A DNA stretch of 64,000 bases from contig OZ260661.1 in NCBI GenBank assembly GCA_965285935.1, forward strand, positions 34,472,001-34,536,000. Reading direction: 5' to 3'. The translations under genes and the position numbers were made by a program. The stretch comes from Ophelia neglecta. Its lineage: Eukaryota. Position 1 is the first letter of the stretch. Every line of letters begins with the position of its first letter. Shown here piece by piece: positions 36,747-50,800 of this stretch. Under the pieces are notes generated by a model. The model was not told the DNA's origin. It saw only the letters and a list, made by a program, of their open reading frames with translations, and ran no database searches.

Positions 36747-37715
36747 CACCGTTACATATAACATAATACAATGTAAAAAACGTATATAATACACTGTCCA
36801 CTACCCACAAAGGTATTCCAACAAACGTGTTGTCATCATTGTGATTAAAAATCTACCTATTGAATAATCTACGAAGGAATAATTATACAAATTCTGATTA
36901 CATAGGCCTACTATAATATAACCGGTACGCGACCTGCCACTTTTCATCTTACTGGTCTTCTTTAGGATGTCACCTTCCGTAGGGGTTGTACTGCCGAAAC
37001 TCTGACACTTATAATTGACTGCTTTGTTATGTGCACATATGTTCAGTTCGTCCTCGGATATGTCTGGAAAAATTGATTGATATATGGTTCTGTTTGAAAA
37101 CATCATTTTCAAACATCTTATTGCAGTTTTTTTGGGGAAATAATTGTCTTAATCAGAAAATGTCGTGACTCCTACACTAAGATCTTCCGCACTCTCATCG
37201 GTGAAAAAAAAGCTTAGCACAATGAAAAGATCATCGCAGTCAGAACCCATATTAGACGAAGAAATATCAACCTTCTATGGCTGCAGTTCACGTACCGAAT
37301 GAAATGCTATGCCACTTGCCCCGGCGGCGTTACGCAACAACCTATTGTTGTTCTGCCTTTGGAATATACAGGTCATAATATGGATTCGCGGCCGTCACCT
37401 TTGAGATGTTATGCACTTTAAGCTGTTCATATGGGAATCTAACATGGGAATGAAGTTTTAAAGGCCCTTACTTAGTGCTTGTTGAAGTAATCAAAACAAA
37501 ACTTTCAGGGATGAATAACATGTTAGAGGGCTTTCCATTCAGGTAAATTTCACATTTGTGTGATAGCTACAGGTTTCGCAATGAACACGGAACCGCTGCA
37601 AATCTGTAGTCTAGCCCCACATTCAAGTGCAGACTATTGGTATGCAGTGCTGTCACCTCCTTGCTAGCAGGCTGAACTAGAATTTTTACATCATCCCCGA
37701 CTGACCCTATTGACC

Positions 37716-38010
37716 CGGTGTCACATGCACAAAGTTCCGCCATGCAGAAAGTTTCGGAACGCATGCGCATGGGCTCCTGTTATATTTGCATGTGGTAGGC
37801 ATGCACAAAGTTCCGTCATGCAGATAATTCCTATCTCTTTTAAATGACGATAACCCTAACCCGTCATGCAGATAATTCCTACCTCTTTTAAATGACGATA
37901 ACCCTAACCCGTCATGCAGATAATTCCTACCTCTTTCAAATGACGATAACCCTAACCCTAACCCTAACCCGGTACTTTCTGCATTGCGGACCTTTTTGCA
38001 TGCGACGCCG
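37716..38010. mobile_element. 295-bp MITE with 37-bp imperfect TIRs, an internal 48-bp tandem repeat and (TAACCC)n
   Basis: Left end cggtgtcacatgcacaaagttccgccatgcagaaagt vs reverse-complemented right end cggcgtcgcatgcaaaaaggtccgcaatgcagaaagt; three ccgtcatgcagataattcc...gataaccctaac units. No TSD seen. Confidence 0.8.
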
Positions 38011-39009
38011 AAGCGATAGATTCGTGCAGATCGAATCACCTCGGCGTTATCGCGCTTCTGTGATTCGACTGCACGACTTTACCTCTCCTTGTAAATTCTC
38101 TTACAAACAATTCTCATGCAATAGTTTTAACGTTCCCAGCATCCTACTGCTTTCACAAGCTACTGCCCAGTAGTGACGCACATTTAAATGACGGCAGCTT
38201 GACTGCATTGATTGCATGACTGAGTATTATTTTCTGTTTCATAAAATACGCCCCGCCCGCTCCGCCCCATTCACATGAACGTGGCTGTATACAAATAAGT
38301 GGGACTGTGGCAAACATAGACTTCAGTCCAATTTGAACATAATGACCAATACCAGATGGCATAATATTATGTTATGAAAATCAAAGTGTTCTTGAATTCA
38401 GCAGTGAAGAAATACTACTGGCAGAGGTGGACAATCACGAACAACATTAATGTCGAGTTAAATCAGAGCACATGACCACACAGGGTCCTTTAGTTTAATG
38501 AGCTTAGTTGTAGGATACAAATAGGAGCTATTGGCCTGGCAGACGGATGCACATACAAGGAGATTGTGCCCTGTTAGAAAGATGCCAAAAAATACTACTT
38601 ACATTGGTTCCGGATTTGCTGCTCTTCTCTATTCTAACGAAATAAGGAAGCTTCTAGTATGTTGACAGGCCGCAAAGCCAATAGAAGGCCTTCTTAGTGT
38701 CACTTGTGAGGTGATTTTCCTATATGTTTCCTTTAAAGTCAACATATTCGTTCATGCAAAATATTCTATGACATGGTGTCCTTTATTTTTTGACAAAATA
38801 CTATTTACCATGTTTGTTTACTGTTTGGATGGTGCTGGGAATGAGCGCTAAGTGGGCCTGAAGTTGGTGGGTCCCTATGGTCTCGGATCGATTTGACTGA
38901 ATGTTCTTTATCATTAGATTTGATTTGTGTGCCGGCTATTTACTAAACAGTTTAAATTAAACATGCAGAGAAGTTGCTACGCATTTAATACCATCATGCA
39001 TAAATTAAA

Positions 39010-42000
39010 AGCGGGTTGGTCCAATAAATGCACACAGAAGGTTTGGACATGACCACTACGATACTTACCAAAATCTCCTGTTGTTTTCCTGCTTACATTC
39101 CAACTTCGGATCTGCGGTAATCATCGATCCCATCATACATTATTAGTATTGCCTGGGAGAGGACAAGAAACCCGATTTGACAAAATGGGCAAATATATTT
39201 CTGCTAAAACAGATTGATTGTTACTCGGTTAAGCGGGAAAAGGTAGCTGGCAATCGGAAAACCGATAATACTCTTTGCCACTGAAATCTCCTGATTCCTT
39301 CTTGACGTCTAAATTGTTCAATGAATGATGTCTTTATCCCCTCCCCCGGAATCTTAGAGTCAATTCGCCGGCTTCATGATGCGATTAAAACTTTTCCAAA
39401 TAGAGCAGTTTTCTCAGAACCAGCTTTAAGCACAAGGTTAGACTCACCGTGTGAACGCCAGCTTAAATAATGATTAGTAACCGTGTCAGCTTCACAAACC
39501 TTGATTAGAATGATAGGTTTAGACATGGTAATGCACAATCAGTCTTTATGATCGAATTGTATTGAAAGACACCTGACTGCTTTGGATTCATCTTAGCCCC
39601 AAAGAGTAATATATATCAACTGGCCTCGTGATCAAAATTGTGTTGATTGGTAAACTTAAAAATACACGTTGACTTCATCGATTTTAGCAATTTGTTAACT
39701 TTTTGACTAAATGAACACAGTTTTTTTTTCTAAACAAAGAGTCAATTTAGTCGTGTTACATATATGTATTTGCATAGCTTTAAAGATATGCACACAATGC
39801 TTACGTTAGTTTTGAACGATGTTTAGCTAACATAAATGCTTACACTGTACAATAGTCTCGAAAGAGCCGCGCTAACCTTAGGCACAGTTTCGAACAATCA
39901 AAAAGTTTACAACTTACAGTAAAATAGCAACAATATAATATATTGTTCCAATCCTCGTGGTTGCGTATTCTAGGTTCAATTTGGCTGAACTGGTAGAACT
40001 GTCTTATTTGACTACTTTATGGTGTCCATTATATGAAAACCCCTTAATGAATCATATCATTTCCTTCTCCGTTAACATGCCTCATAAATTATTAGGGAAG
40101 AAGACGGTATATTCGTTCCAATATTTCATGAATCTGGCTGGAATGAAGAGTTTCCGTTATAAAAAAAAATCTCACTGCATCCTACTTGGAGTTTGAAGAC
40201 GGGCAGGAATGAAGAAGGTGACTATCATGTTGCAACGCCAGAAATGACGGAAAATAAATCGAACCTTATCTCGCTGCCAACTCAGAATACTTCAACCATA
40301 GAAATGTTTGCGAATCCTGCACATTCTGCATTAACTTGTCTTTGAGATAAGCTCCTTTAATGGCCCTAGTGGATATTCAACTGCCAGCAAACTTTAGTGT
40401 ATTGATATGACTATAAACCACTCGAAAGACATAAGCACTGCGGTCTTTCCTTAGCATACGTTCAGTTTCTAAAATAAGTCCAACTAAAATAATGCATAGT
40501 GTGAATCACAGTCCATTAAGCATAGTGAAATACACGTATAAGAAAGGCATACGGGTTACCTAAGAGAATGTACAGACAATTGTGGAAGGTTATTTGCTGG
40601 CTCAATTCGGTCCGAGTCGAGGAACAGCAGAACGGGTTAAATTTGCAAACTGGGTACATTATTTACCATAAAAGGCTCCATGGATGCAAGAAAAAAAACC
40701 ACGGCCAGGAGGTATAAAAGCAACTACACTTGCTAATCATCCGTGTTTTGTTTTTGGATTGTTTTTATGTCCGATGTTGCCAGTAAATTGACCTCTTTAG
40801 ACATTTAGGCTATTTCTGCAGAGCTTATACTCGGAAACACTATTCACCAGCCAGCTCAGATTTCTAGTTTCGTCTGGGTTACTGACATGTAAATTATGAG
40901 ATACTGATCCGCCACCGAAAATCCTTTGATTAACCTCTCAGGCCGTTTGGGACGGAGCGACTCCGACTAGGGGCAAGAAAACGGTCAATCTAGTCACGTG
41001 TTATGAGTCACGTGACATGAAAAACGAAGACTCCTTGCAAGGTTGTAGGAAAATGTTCGTCAATAATTCAGCGGATACCATGATTACCTTCTCCATTGCT
41101 TTCTACAAAGAATTACTGATACAACATCAAGGCAGTATATCGATTGATTTCGCACCAAGTATGTTATTGGCGACAGCTTTAGGATTTTAGATAGAAAATT
41201 ATTCAAGTCATAATTTAAGTTACTTTGACGAATACAACAGCTGGTATTATATCACATCTTCCTGCAAAAAGAGGCAAAAAGAGACGATTTCCATTCAAGG
41301 TATGAATAACTGTATTCCTATGCTTCTTGATAATCCTTAACAAGAGTCTAGGTAAATACACGAATAATATGTTTTTTTTATTTGTATGTACCGGATACTA
41401 GGAAGCCGCCATTACAGGGACTTGGCTCCCCGAATCATGATATTCTGGATTTTGGATTTGGTCAGTGATTCAAACATACTCGGTTGTCTACTTCATGTAT
41501 GTTATTCGTTTCACGCTTACATTACATGAAATATGTTTTTTCCGGTTTCAGTTTGTATGACCTGTGGATTAGTCAAGGCATATATTAAGGCCGTGGCAAG
41601 ATAATGATGCTTTCTGACCAGACCAACGAGTACATCCATTACAACAGATCACAGGGGTTGTTTTCATCATTCTGTAGCCGGATCTGTCTCGCGTTTGGGG
41701 TGGCGAAAAGGTGATACATGGTGATGCATCGTTTTCGGGGCATAAAGGATGTTCGGTAATTTGCATTAATCCTCAGTATAGGTGGTGTAAGAAAACACTG
41801 TTTGAGGAATGAGTTCACTATACGTAGTTTTGGATAGCAAGGATTCATCATCAAAATGTTCGAAATCATATCCAAAAGACACATTCTAAGTTTTTGTTAC
41901 CGGATATAAAAATTTGATTGCCAGTAGTTATTTTGTAACAAAGCTAGGCATTCTGACTGAAGGACCAGTGACATTGAAATCACTTATAGCAAATATTTTG

Positions 42001-45000
42001 AAACTGGGGAGCATTTAAGCATGCTATAGTACGATCAGACTCCAGATTGAATAATTTGTTAATCTCTCTAATATCTGTTGAAACCAATGTTACATCAGGG
42101 GGATGAGTGTCTTTAAAATAGAATGTATTCTAGATGAGCCTGAGGGAACACCTAGGATTCACGCCTCCATCTATCTTTCATTGGTTTAGGCCTCCCACGT
42201 ACTCTCTAATTCGACTCTCTCAGGTACACAGATAGACAGATGAGACGCCACCTGCGATTCTATTCCCCCAACCCCTATTCAACCCGCACACGCTCACACC
42301 ACACACATGCAATACTTATAAATTTATGACGTCATGGAGCGGCACTTTTTTGTTGGAACAGAAATTCAAACTCCTTTCGATAGCCACTGTAAAACAAGGT
42401 TAAAATACACAGTTTAATCGTTAAATAGGACACCATTAAAAGGAAAGAATAAAAATAAATTTGTTCCATAATACCCGGCCCCCCCCCCCCTGTCGACACG
42501 CAGAAGATTTGGAAATGGACGAGAAAGGGGGTTCTGTGTGATAATGCTGATGACCCCGAGCAATATATCCTGGTCAACAAGGGGTCGTCTGCTGTGGGTG
42601 GTGATCCGGTGCCTTTAGTTTAACTGATTACTTCTTCTCCCAGAGGTACTCCTACAGAAAATTTGTTTGTCTCGTATAAAATCTTGCCCCTTCATAAAAT
42701 TTATATATACTGTGCTATGAACTTCATGTTTAAGTTTATAAAAGGTACCTTGCCTCATATTTTTAATGATTTATTTACTGTTAATGTTCACTTTCATGGC
42801 TACAACACCAAGCAAGTCAACAAACTAAGGGTACCAACTAAATGGTCATATGTGTCAAAGTCTCTCCGTTACGGAGGTGTAACTTTATGGAATCACTTGG
42901 CTGACAAACTGGATTGCGAATGTAGCTTTCTCTGCTTCAAATGGCACCTGAAAGATTATTTGCTACATAATAATACCCTTTCATTATAACCAAAATCAAC
43001 ATAAACCCAACATAGTAACTTTATTTTTTCTCTTTAATTATTGTTATTTTTTTTACTAACATTTATTACTAGCTGTTTGGTGTAGTGCATTGTCTATTTG
43101 CCTATTGGGAGTTTATTTCTATTCTTGCAAGGCTGGTCGCTCAATTAAGTATATATTATAATTCAGTGTCTACTGATATGATAAATATCCCTTACAGGGA
43201 TCTTTCCTCTTTGATCTGTATGACTTATATAACTTAATTGTCATCATTATTTGTATTTTTTGTATATCTTGTTACAGACCAATAAACACCTTGAACATAC
43301 TTGTTAACTCACTCGATGTCCTTTACAGCCTACTGGCTTCATTACGGCTGACACCCCTTGCGTAAATCTGCCAAACATCCTCCACGTTTTGTTGGACAAA
43401 GCCTCGGGTTCATAGCCTTTAGCCGGGCCGTCTAGTAAATAATTAGAATATATACTGTGGCTGCTCCAGCATGTCGACGTCCATTGTTCAAAATGAACTA
43501 AAGAATTGTTATATGGTCATCACATGTTTGCCACCTGCGAGCCGACGGCCAACTAAGGTTTTGTAATTTGATTGGTGCCCTATGTCCATAAATTTAAAAC
43601 TGACAAGCAGATGACTTTTTTAGACGTCGCTTGAAGTTATGTCCTGAAGGCTGAAATAAAATGATGAAATATGGGACAGTGTCGATGCAAAAGCCCAGTG
43701 TGTGTGGTATTTTTGCAAGATAACAACTTCCGCAAACCGATGATGGACCACCTGCGAACTTAAACATACCGAGCGAATAATGTCAAGCTTACAAGCAGCA
43801 AGTGGGTTCGTTAGCAAAGAGGGCCACAGTAAACTATGGTATTGGTAGGATTGTCTCAGGATATGACTTAGTAACACAATACATTCAATATATGAGTGTA
43901 GGTTTATTATAAGAGTAAAATTTGTTTCATGAATGTTTTTCTTCATCTTACATATACTTTTTTTTAATTAAACATTGTATGTTAAGATCGTATAATGGTT
44001 CTCACAGGTCAAAACAGATTCTTATCATGCTTTGTCATGAAAATCTATATAAAAAAATATGGCAAATAAAATTAAGTCTCACCAACCTTTCTAGAGTGTA
44101 GAATTTTTGGTGGCAAGTAGTATGAAATAGGCAAACTTTAACTCTTGGCTTGTACGTACACATAAACATTCACTCCACCGAATTGTATTATATAAGAAAC
44201 ATGAAAATAAGATGAGTATTACTACTTTTAAATTGTTCCATATTAAAAAAAACAAGACGATTTTGAATTATGTGAATTCGTCTACGTTAAGCTATTATTC
44301 TGGTTACTGAAATTTCACTTTGAGTTACTTCTTATAAAAAATATTATTTCTCCAGACCTTTTAGTTGGTAATCTGAAATCGAATGGAATCAAAACATAAT
44401 TTATTGGGCTTACTTCTTAATGTGATATTTCCTTTCATTAGTAAATCATAAACACTAATGGTTATACGTTTTTGACCCATTATCATTTAAAATGTTCGCA
44501 TGCAGGGTATAAACATATACACTAAAATATGTCATGTCTTAGTAAGGCCGAGTGGGGGCGGGGGATGGGGGGGGGGAAGTCTACATACAGTTGAATTTCT
44601 TGTCACCGACTTTAATTTTGTTCTACGTATTACCTTTTTTCATTCCACTTTATCATCTTCATGTTCATGATTTCGATAGTGTCTGTGTCATTAAACATAT
44701 GTGTATCTTTTACTTTAGAAATTGTCTTGTGTTGTTTTAAATATTGAGTATAATCCTTTCTGTTAATTTTGTTTAATGCACTACACTCCATCACTGCCCA
44801 AGCCCCATTCATTTAACATGTCAGCACTCAGACCTGCCATTGGCAAGGCACAAAATATATGCTCGTCTTGCTTTTGCGCTCCTTTTTATTTTTCAAACTA
44901 ATGTCAAGCAAGTAAGTCCGGCGTGAGATTAAAGGATTACTATGACAACGGCTCTCGGATTAACACGACAATCATTATGTCTCGGGGAATGCCCTCAACA

Positions 45001-47323
45001 TTGCGGATTCAGATTGGTGGTAAATAGGTACTTGTCCCTGTGGTTTGTCTCAAAGTTGTCTCAAGGGTATATTTAATATACATTCTGGGAGAGGCAACCA
45101 ATCTTTGGCTTGCTCAGCCAGACCTTCACAGCCAGTCCTACTTCCCCTCCCCCCTTCCCGTAATTGATTCTTCCAACCTTTGGTCTCTGACCCTTAGTCC
45201 CTTGGTATATTCTTGGAACCGCCCAAACATTGACAAGCAGGCAGACAACCTACCAAAAATATATGACTGTTATCATACGAGAAAGCAAGTCCGCTTGTGT
45301 GCAATGTTTTTGTTAAACATGAATCCTGTTCTCTGATCCCGCACAAGAGCTGCACGATTCGTTAAAGTCACACATGATATAACGCAGATGAAAAAAGGCA
45401 GGACTTTCATTTACATGTTTTGCTGCAGTTCTTCAATACATTTTAACCCGTTTTAGCCTTTCAAAATGTTAAAGGCATAAAATGTGTCTTCATCGTTTTT
45501 CACCATTTCCTCATGGCATCCTATTGTCAATGGAGAACGAAACACGCACATTTCTACCAAAGAAAAACCATGCAACATTGGTATTGACAAGACTGGAGAC
45601 TTTTATTTAAGTGCATTACATCTACCCGCTGACGTAAGTCAGAGAAAGGTTCCCGACTTACGCACAGTACTTCTGACGTCAACTCTTTTAAAATAATTAA
45701 GAATTGCCGATAAGTGAAGCAAACAGGTACAAAATATCGAAGGGTCAAGTGTTGCAACACGCAGTCTGGTGAGCTCAAGTTTCCACTGTATTGTTTTAAT
45801 AATGAGGAATATCTCGAAGGAATCATTACTGGACAGGAAAGAAACGGCCACAGAGCAGATGCTGACAGCGTGCAAACGACGACATCCAGAATACCCGCGT
45901 GAAGACAGGTTAGTCAGCATCATGAGCGGCAAATGACAATATTGGTGAAAATGAACAAGGAGACGCAGGGGTCGGGGTAAGGAGATTTGGGCTTTGCAAG
46001 GGTTGGAGCTAAGGCGTGATGGGGTCTCTGGAAGGGGGTTGAAGCTGCTGGGGAGTTAAAGAGGAGGTAGGGATGGAGCGGGGGGGGGGGGGGGGGTTGG
46101 TGGCTGAGAGTAGAGAAATAGTATTGTAAGGGGTTGTTTCGATTTCCATTCCGACTGCACACATAGGAATGACGGGGAGACAGGTGCCAGCTTAATAAGT
46201 TAACATTGTACATGCTGGATTGATGTAAGACTGATGTAAGACTGCTTTCTGTACCCATCCAGGCAGCCTCTTCTCTGTTGTCCTTAATTATTCCCAGGAA
46301 ACTATGATATTGGTCCATATAATGAGCCAATTTATCGTAACTCACCTGACTGCTAGTCCATAGTTCTAACTCGTCTCACTAGGCTTCATATTTCAGTATG
46401 TGAATGTCTTTGCCGCGATTATAGATAACTATCATATTATAGAGGGGAAAACAACAACAATTGGCGGCAATTTGTGCATGTTATGGGGCCTTTAAATATG
46501 ACAAAGTCTACGCGCAGTGAGAGTGTGCCTGGGGTCCTTTCGTCGCCACGATTTATCAGAAACTTACGTTTCTTTAGCGTCAAATTATATAGCCATTAGA
46601 GCTCGTAGCATGTAAATACTGACTTTTTTTAGATAAATTGTTTCCTTAAACTTAAGGCTGCGCCTAGGAAAAACAAACTATATTCACTTAAACAAAGTCA
46701 AACGGTTCTATATGAATTCAAACTAAATAATGAAAAAACGGTTTTTATGATTGACAAAGAAAAAGATATAAAAGTAATGAGATAAATTATTTCAATTAAA
46801 TGTGGTTTCCAATCAAGTGTGTTTAAAGTATATTATTTAATGCTGGTAGTGATACTTAATTTGAATATTAGTGCACAGAGCGTTCTTCTTCAATACGCCC
46901 TTATAAAGCCATAGAGGTGTGCCTAATATATGACACAATAGGGGGGCATTGTTACATGACAGTCTGTCTAGTACCGTGGTTATGTAACTGTAAACTTCTA
47001 AATTCCTGTCTGAAATCATGAAAAATCGATCGAAACAGATGTTGGTGTCTTCTTGGTGTCCAAATAACAAAACTATATGAAAACGCAGGCGCTTAGACAA
47101 AATATAATTTATCGTTTTCACATAAATAGCGTAGTTTCTCAAGGCTTTACATATGTATTGATTGGCTTCATCACGCATTTTTGCTTCTGTTTCCAAATGT
47201 ATCTGGACATCACCGGAATTGACCGGTGATGTAAAAAAAATAGTGCATCGCGGGCACAAAACCTAATATTTTATCTCGAAATAATTAAATAATATTAATT
47301 TTATGTTAAACTTGATCAAGCTA
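39010..47323 (+). repeat. Tandem segmental duplication, copy A (~8.3 kb)
   Basis: Collinear with 47830-54825; the ORF track shows paired near-identical ORFs (43620/51091, 45484/52958, 45714/53188). Confidence 0.95.
42634..43297 (+). mobile_element. 5'-truncated LINE (CR1/L2/Crack group), ORF2 C-terminus plus 3' UTR
   Basis: LFVSYKILPLHKIY...FMFKF...LP.IF.DLF...HGYNTK...SLRYGGVTLWNHL...FKWHLKDYLL is the typical ORF2 tail; AATAAA at 43281; flanked by tactt; absent from copy B (near 50764). Confidence 0.88.
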
Positions 47324-47395
47324 TTTTCTGAATCATTACATTTCACAATAACATGCACTAAATTTACACATTTTTAGATGCATCATTTAAGGAGG

Positions 47396-47618
47396 AACAG
47401 TCGTCTGGACGAGAAACAGTTGTCTGGACGAGAAACAGTTGTCTGGACGAGAAACAGTCGCCTGGACTGGAAACAGTCGTCTGGACGAGAAACCGTTGTC
47501 TGGACGAGAAACAGTTGTCTGGACGAGAAACAGTCGCCTGGTCGAGAAACAGTCGTCTGGACGAGAAACAGTCGTCTGGACTAGAAACAGTTGTCTGGAC
47601 GAAAAATAGTTGTCTGGA
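47396..47618. repeat. Minisatellite, 19-bp unit, about 12 copies
   Basis: Unit aaacagt(t/c)gtctggacgag repeated head to tail with no spacers. Confidence 0.95.
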
Positions 47619-47829
47619 TGCATGAAGTCCATAGCAGCGTAAAATAGTGTTTCGCTTAATTAAAGATTTCTTTTAATCTTTTGCTTACATTGATTTGGAA
47701 TGAACTTCGTTGTAATCAATCAATTCATTCCCAATACTAGGAATATAACAATTACAGAAATAAGCAAAATGATGAACACTGTAAAACGAAAAATATTTGC
47801 ACAACGTACGGTAAAAGTCGGTACTTCAA

Positions 47830-50800
47830 GGCGGAATGGTAAAGAAATGCACAAAGATGGTTTGGACATGACCACTACGATACTTACCAATTTTTTTTCC
47901 TGCTTACATTCCAGCTTCGGATCTGCGGTAATCATCGATCCCATCATACATTATTAGTATTGCCTGGGAGAATACAAGTAACCCGATTAGGCAAAATGGG
48001 CAAAACAGATTGATTCGAAGTCGGTTAAGCTGGAAAAGGTAGCTGGCAATCCGAAAACCGATAATACTCTTTGCCACTCAAATCTCCTAATTCATTATTG
48101 ACGTCTAAATTGTTCAATGAATGACGTCTTTTTCCTCTCCCCCGGATTCTTAGAGTCAATTCGCCGGCTTCATGATGCGATTAGAACTGTTCAAAATAGA
48201 GCAGTTTTCTCAGAACCAGCTTGAAGCACAAGGTTTGACTCATTGTGTGAACGCAATGCCTAAATAATGATAAGTAATCGTGTCAGCTTCACAAACCTTG
48301 AATAGAATGACAGGTCTAGTCATGGTAATGCACAATCTTTATCATCCAATTGTATTGAGAGACACTTAAATGCTTTGGATTTATCTTAACTGCAAAAAGT
48401 AATATATATATATATATCAACTGGCCTCAAGAGCCAAATTGTGTTGATTGGTAAACTAAACACTACGTTGACTTCATCGATTTTAGCAAATTGTTAACTT
48501 TTCGAGAAAATGAATACAGTTTTTTTTTTCAATACAAAAATTCTGTCTCCTCACATGTATGTATTTGCATATCTTTGCACACAATGATAACGTTAGTTCT
48601 GAACGATGTTTTGCTATCATAAATGCGTCCACTGTATGATAGTCTCGAAAGAGCCGCGCTAACCTTAGGCACGGTTTCGAACAATCAAGAAGTGTACAAC
48701 TTACAGTTGAATAGCAACAATATAATATATAAGTCCAATCCCTGTGGTTCCAGGGTCAATTTGGCTGATTAGATAATTCGCAAACTGGGTTCATTGTTTA
48801 CCATAAAAGGCTCCATGGATGCATATTTATTTGAAAATGTGTTGGCCGCACGAAAAAAAAACACAGCCAGGAGGTATAGAAGCAGCTACACTTGCTAATC
48901 ATCCGTGTTTTGTTTTTGGATTGTTTTTATGTCCGATGTTGCCAGTAAATTGACCTCTTTCGACATTTAGGCTATTTCTGCAGAGCTTATACTCGGAAAC
49001 ACTATTCACCAGCCAGCTCAGATTTCTAGTTTCGTCTGGGTTACTGACATGTAAATTATGAGATACAGAACCGACACCGAAAATCCTTTGATTAACCTCT
49101 CAGGCCGTTTGGGACGGAGCGACTCCGACTAGGGGCAAGAAAACGGTCGATCCAGTCACGTGTTATGAGTCACGTGACATGAAAAACGAAGACTCCTTGC
49201 AAGGTTGTAGGAAAGTGTTCGTCAATAATTCAGCGGATACCATGATTACCTCTTCCATGGCTTTCTACAGAGAATTACTGATACAACATCAAAGCCTTAT
49301 ATCGTTAGACTTCGCACCAAGTATGTAATTGGCAGCAGCTTTAAGATTTTAGATAGAAAATTATTCAAGTCATAATTTAAGTGACTTTGACGAATACAAC
49401 AGCTGGTATTATATCACATCTTCCTGCAAAAAGAGCAAAATACTAGGTATCGTTTTCTAAACAGACGATTTCCAGTCAAGGTATGAATTACTGTATTCCA
49501 TGTAGCATGTAAGCTATGCTTCTTGATAATCTTCAACAAGAGTCTAGGTAAGAACATGAATACTTTATTACTGTGTATGTACCCGATACTAGGAAGCCGC
49601 CATTATAGGGACGTTGCTCATGATATTCTGGATTTTAGATTATTATGTTTAGTTTTGGCCAGTGATTCAATAAAACATACTCGGTTGTCTACTTTCATGT
49701 ATGTTATTCGTTTCATGTTTACATTATATGAAATATGTTTTTTCCGGTTTCAGTTTGTATGGCCTGTGGATTAGTCTAGGCATATATTGTGGCCATGGCA
49801 AGATAGTGATGCTTTCTGACCAGACCATGTGTCCATCCATTACAACAGATCACAGGGGTTGTTTACATCATTCAGTAGCCGGATCTGTCTAGAGTTTGGG
49901 GTGGCGAAAAGATGATTACAAGGTGATGCATCGTTTTCGGGGCATAAAGGATGTTTAGTAATGTGCATTTATCCTCAGTATAGGTGGTGTAAGAAAACAT
50001 TGCTTTGAACAATGAGTTCACTATACGTAGTTTTGGATAGCAAGGCTTCGAAATCATATCCAAAAGACATATTCTATGTTTTGTGTTACCTGATATAAAA
50101 ATTTGATTGCCAGTAGTTATTTTGTAACAAAGCTAGGCATTCTGACTGGAGGACCAGTGACATTGAAATCACTAATAGCAAATATTTTGAGACTGGGGAA
50201 CATTTGAGCATACTATAATACGGTCAGCCTCAAGATTGAATAATTTGGCAATCTTTCGAATATCTGTTGAAAACAAAGTTAAATCAGTGGAATGAGTGTC
50301 TGTAAAATAAAATTTATTCTAGAGCCAGAGGGAACACCTGGGATTCATCTTTCACTGGTTTAGGCCTCCCACGTAATTATTCGACTCTCCTCCGGTACAT
50401 AGATTGACAGATGAGTAGCCACATGCGATTCTATGCCCCCCCCCCCATTCCACCCCAAACGCTCACACACATGCATAACTTATGAATTTATGACCGGGAT
50501 TGAACGGCACTGTTTCGTTGGAACAGAAATTCTAAAAAATGTTAAGATACACAGTTTAATCGCTCAATAGGACACCATTAAAAGAAAGAACAAGAATAAA
50601 TTTGTCCAACTTACCCCCCCCCCCTGTCCGACACGAAGAAGATGTGGAAATTGATTAGGAAGGGGGTACGTTGTGACAATGCTGAAGACCCCGAGCAATT
50701 TATCCATGTCAACATAGAGTCGTCTGCCGTGGGTGGTGATCCGATGACTATAGCTTTACTTGATACTTGTTAACTCACTCGATGTCCTTTACAGCCTACT

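Noticed and set aside
37945-37970. True telomere or chromosome fusion scar
   Set aside because: Only three to four units, and they lie inside a TIR-bounded element.
41050-41190. Polinton/adintovirus penton-like motif (IDFAPSMLLATALGF)
   Set aside because: Downstream residues do not continue the resemblance, stops intervene, and no polymerase, ATPase, integrase or capsid remnants are visible.
43620-43946. 108-aa ORF apparently conserved at 51091-51417 (and other paired ORFs)
   Set aside because: Flanking non-coding DNA is equally identical, so the match reflects recent duplication or conversion, not selection.
47396-47618. CRISPR-like array, or repeat proteins 47378-47584 and 47387-47632
   Set aside because: Units are contiguous with no unique spacers and there are no cas genes; the ORFs are a by-product of a 19-bp tandem repeat.
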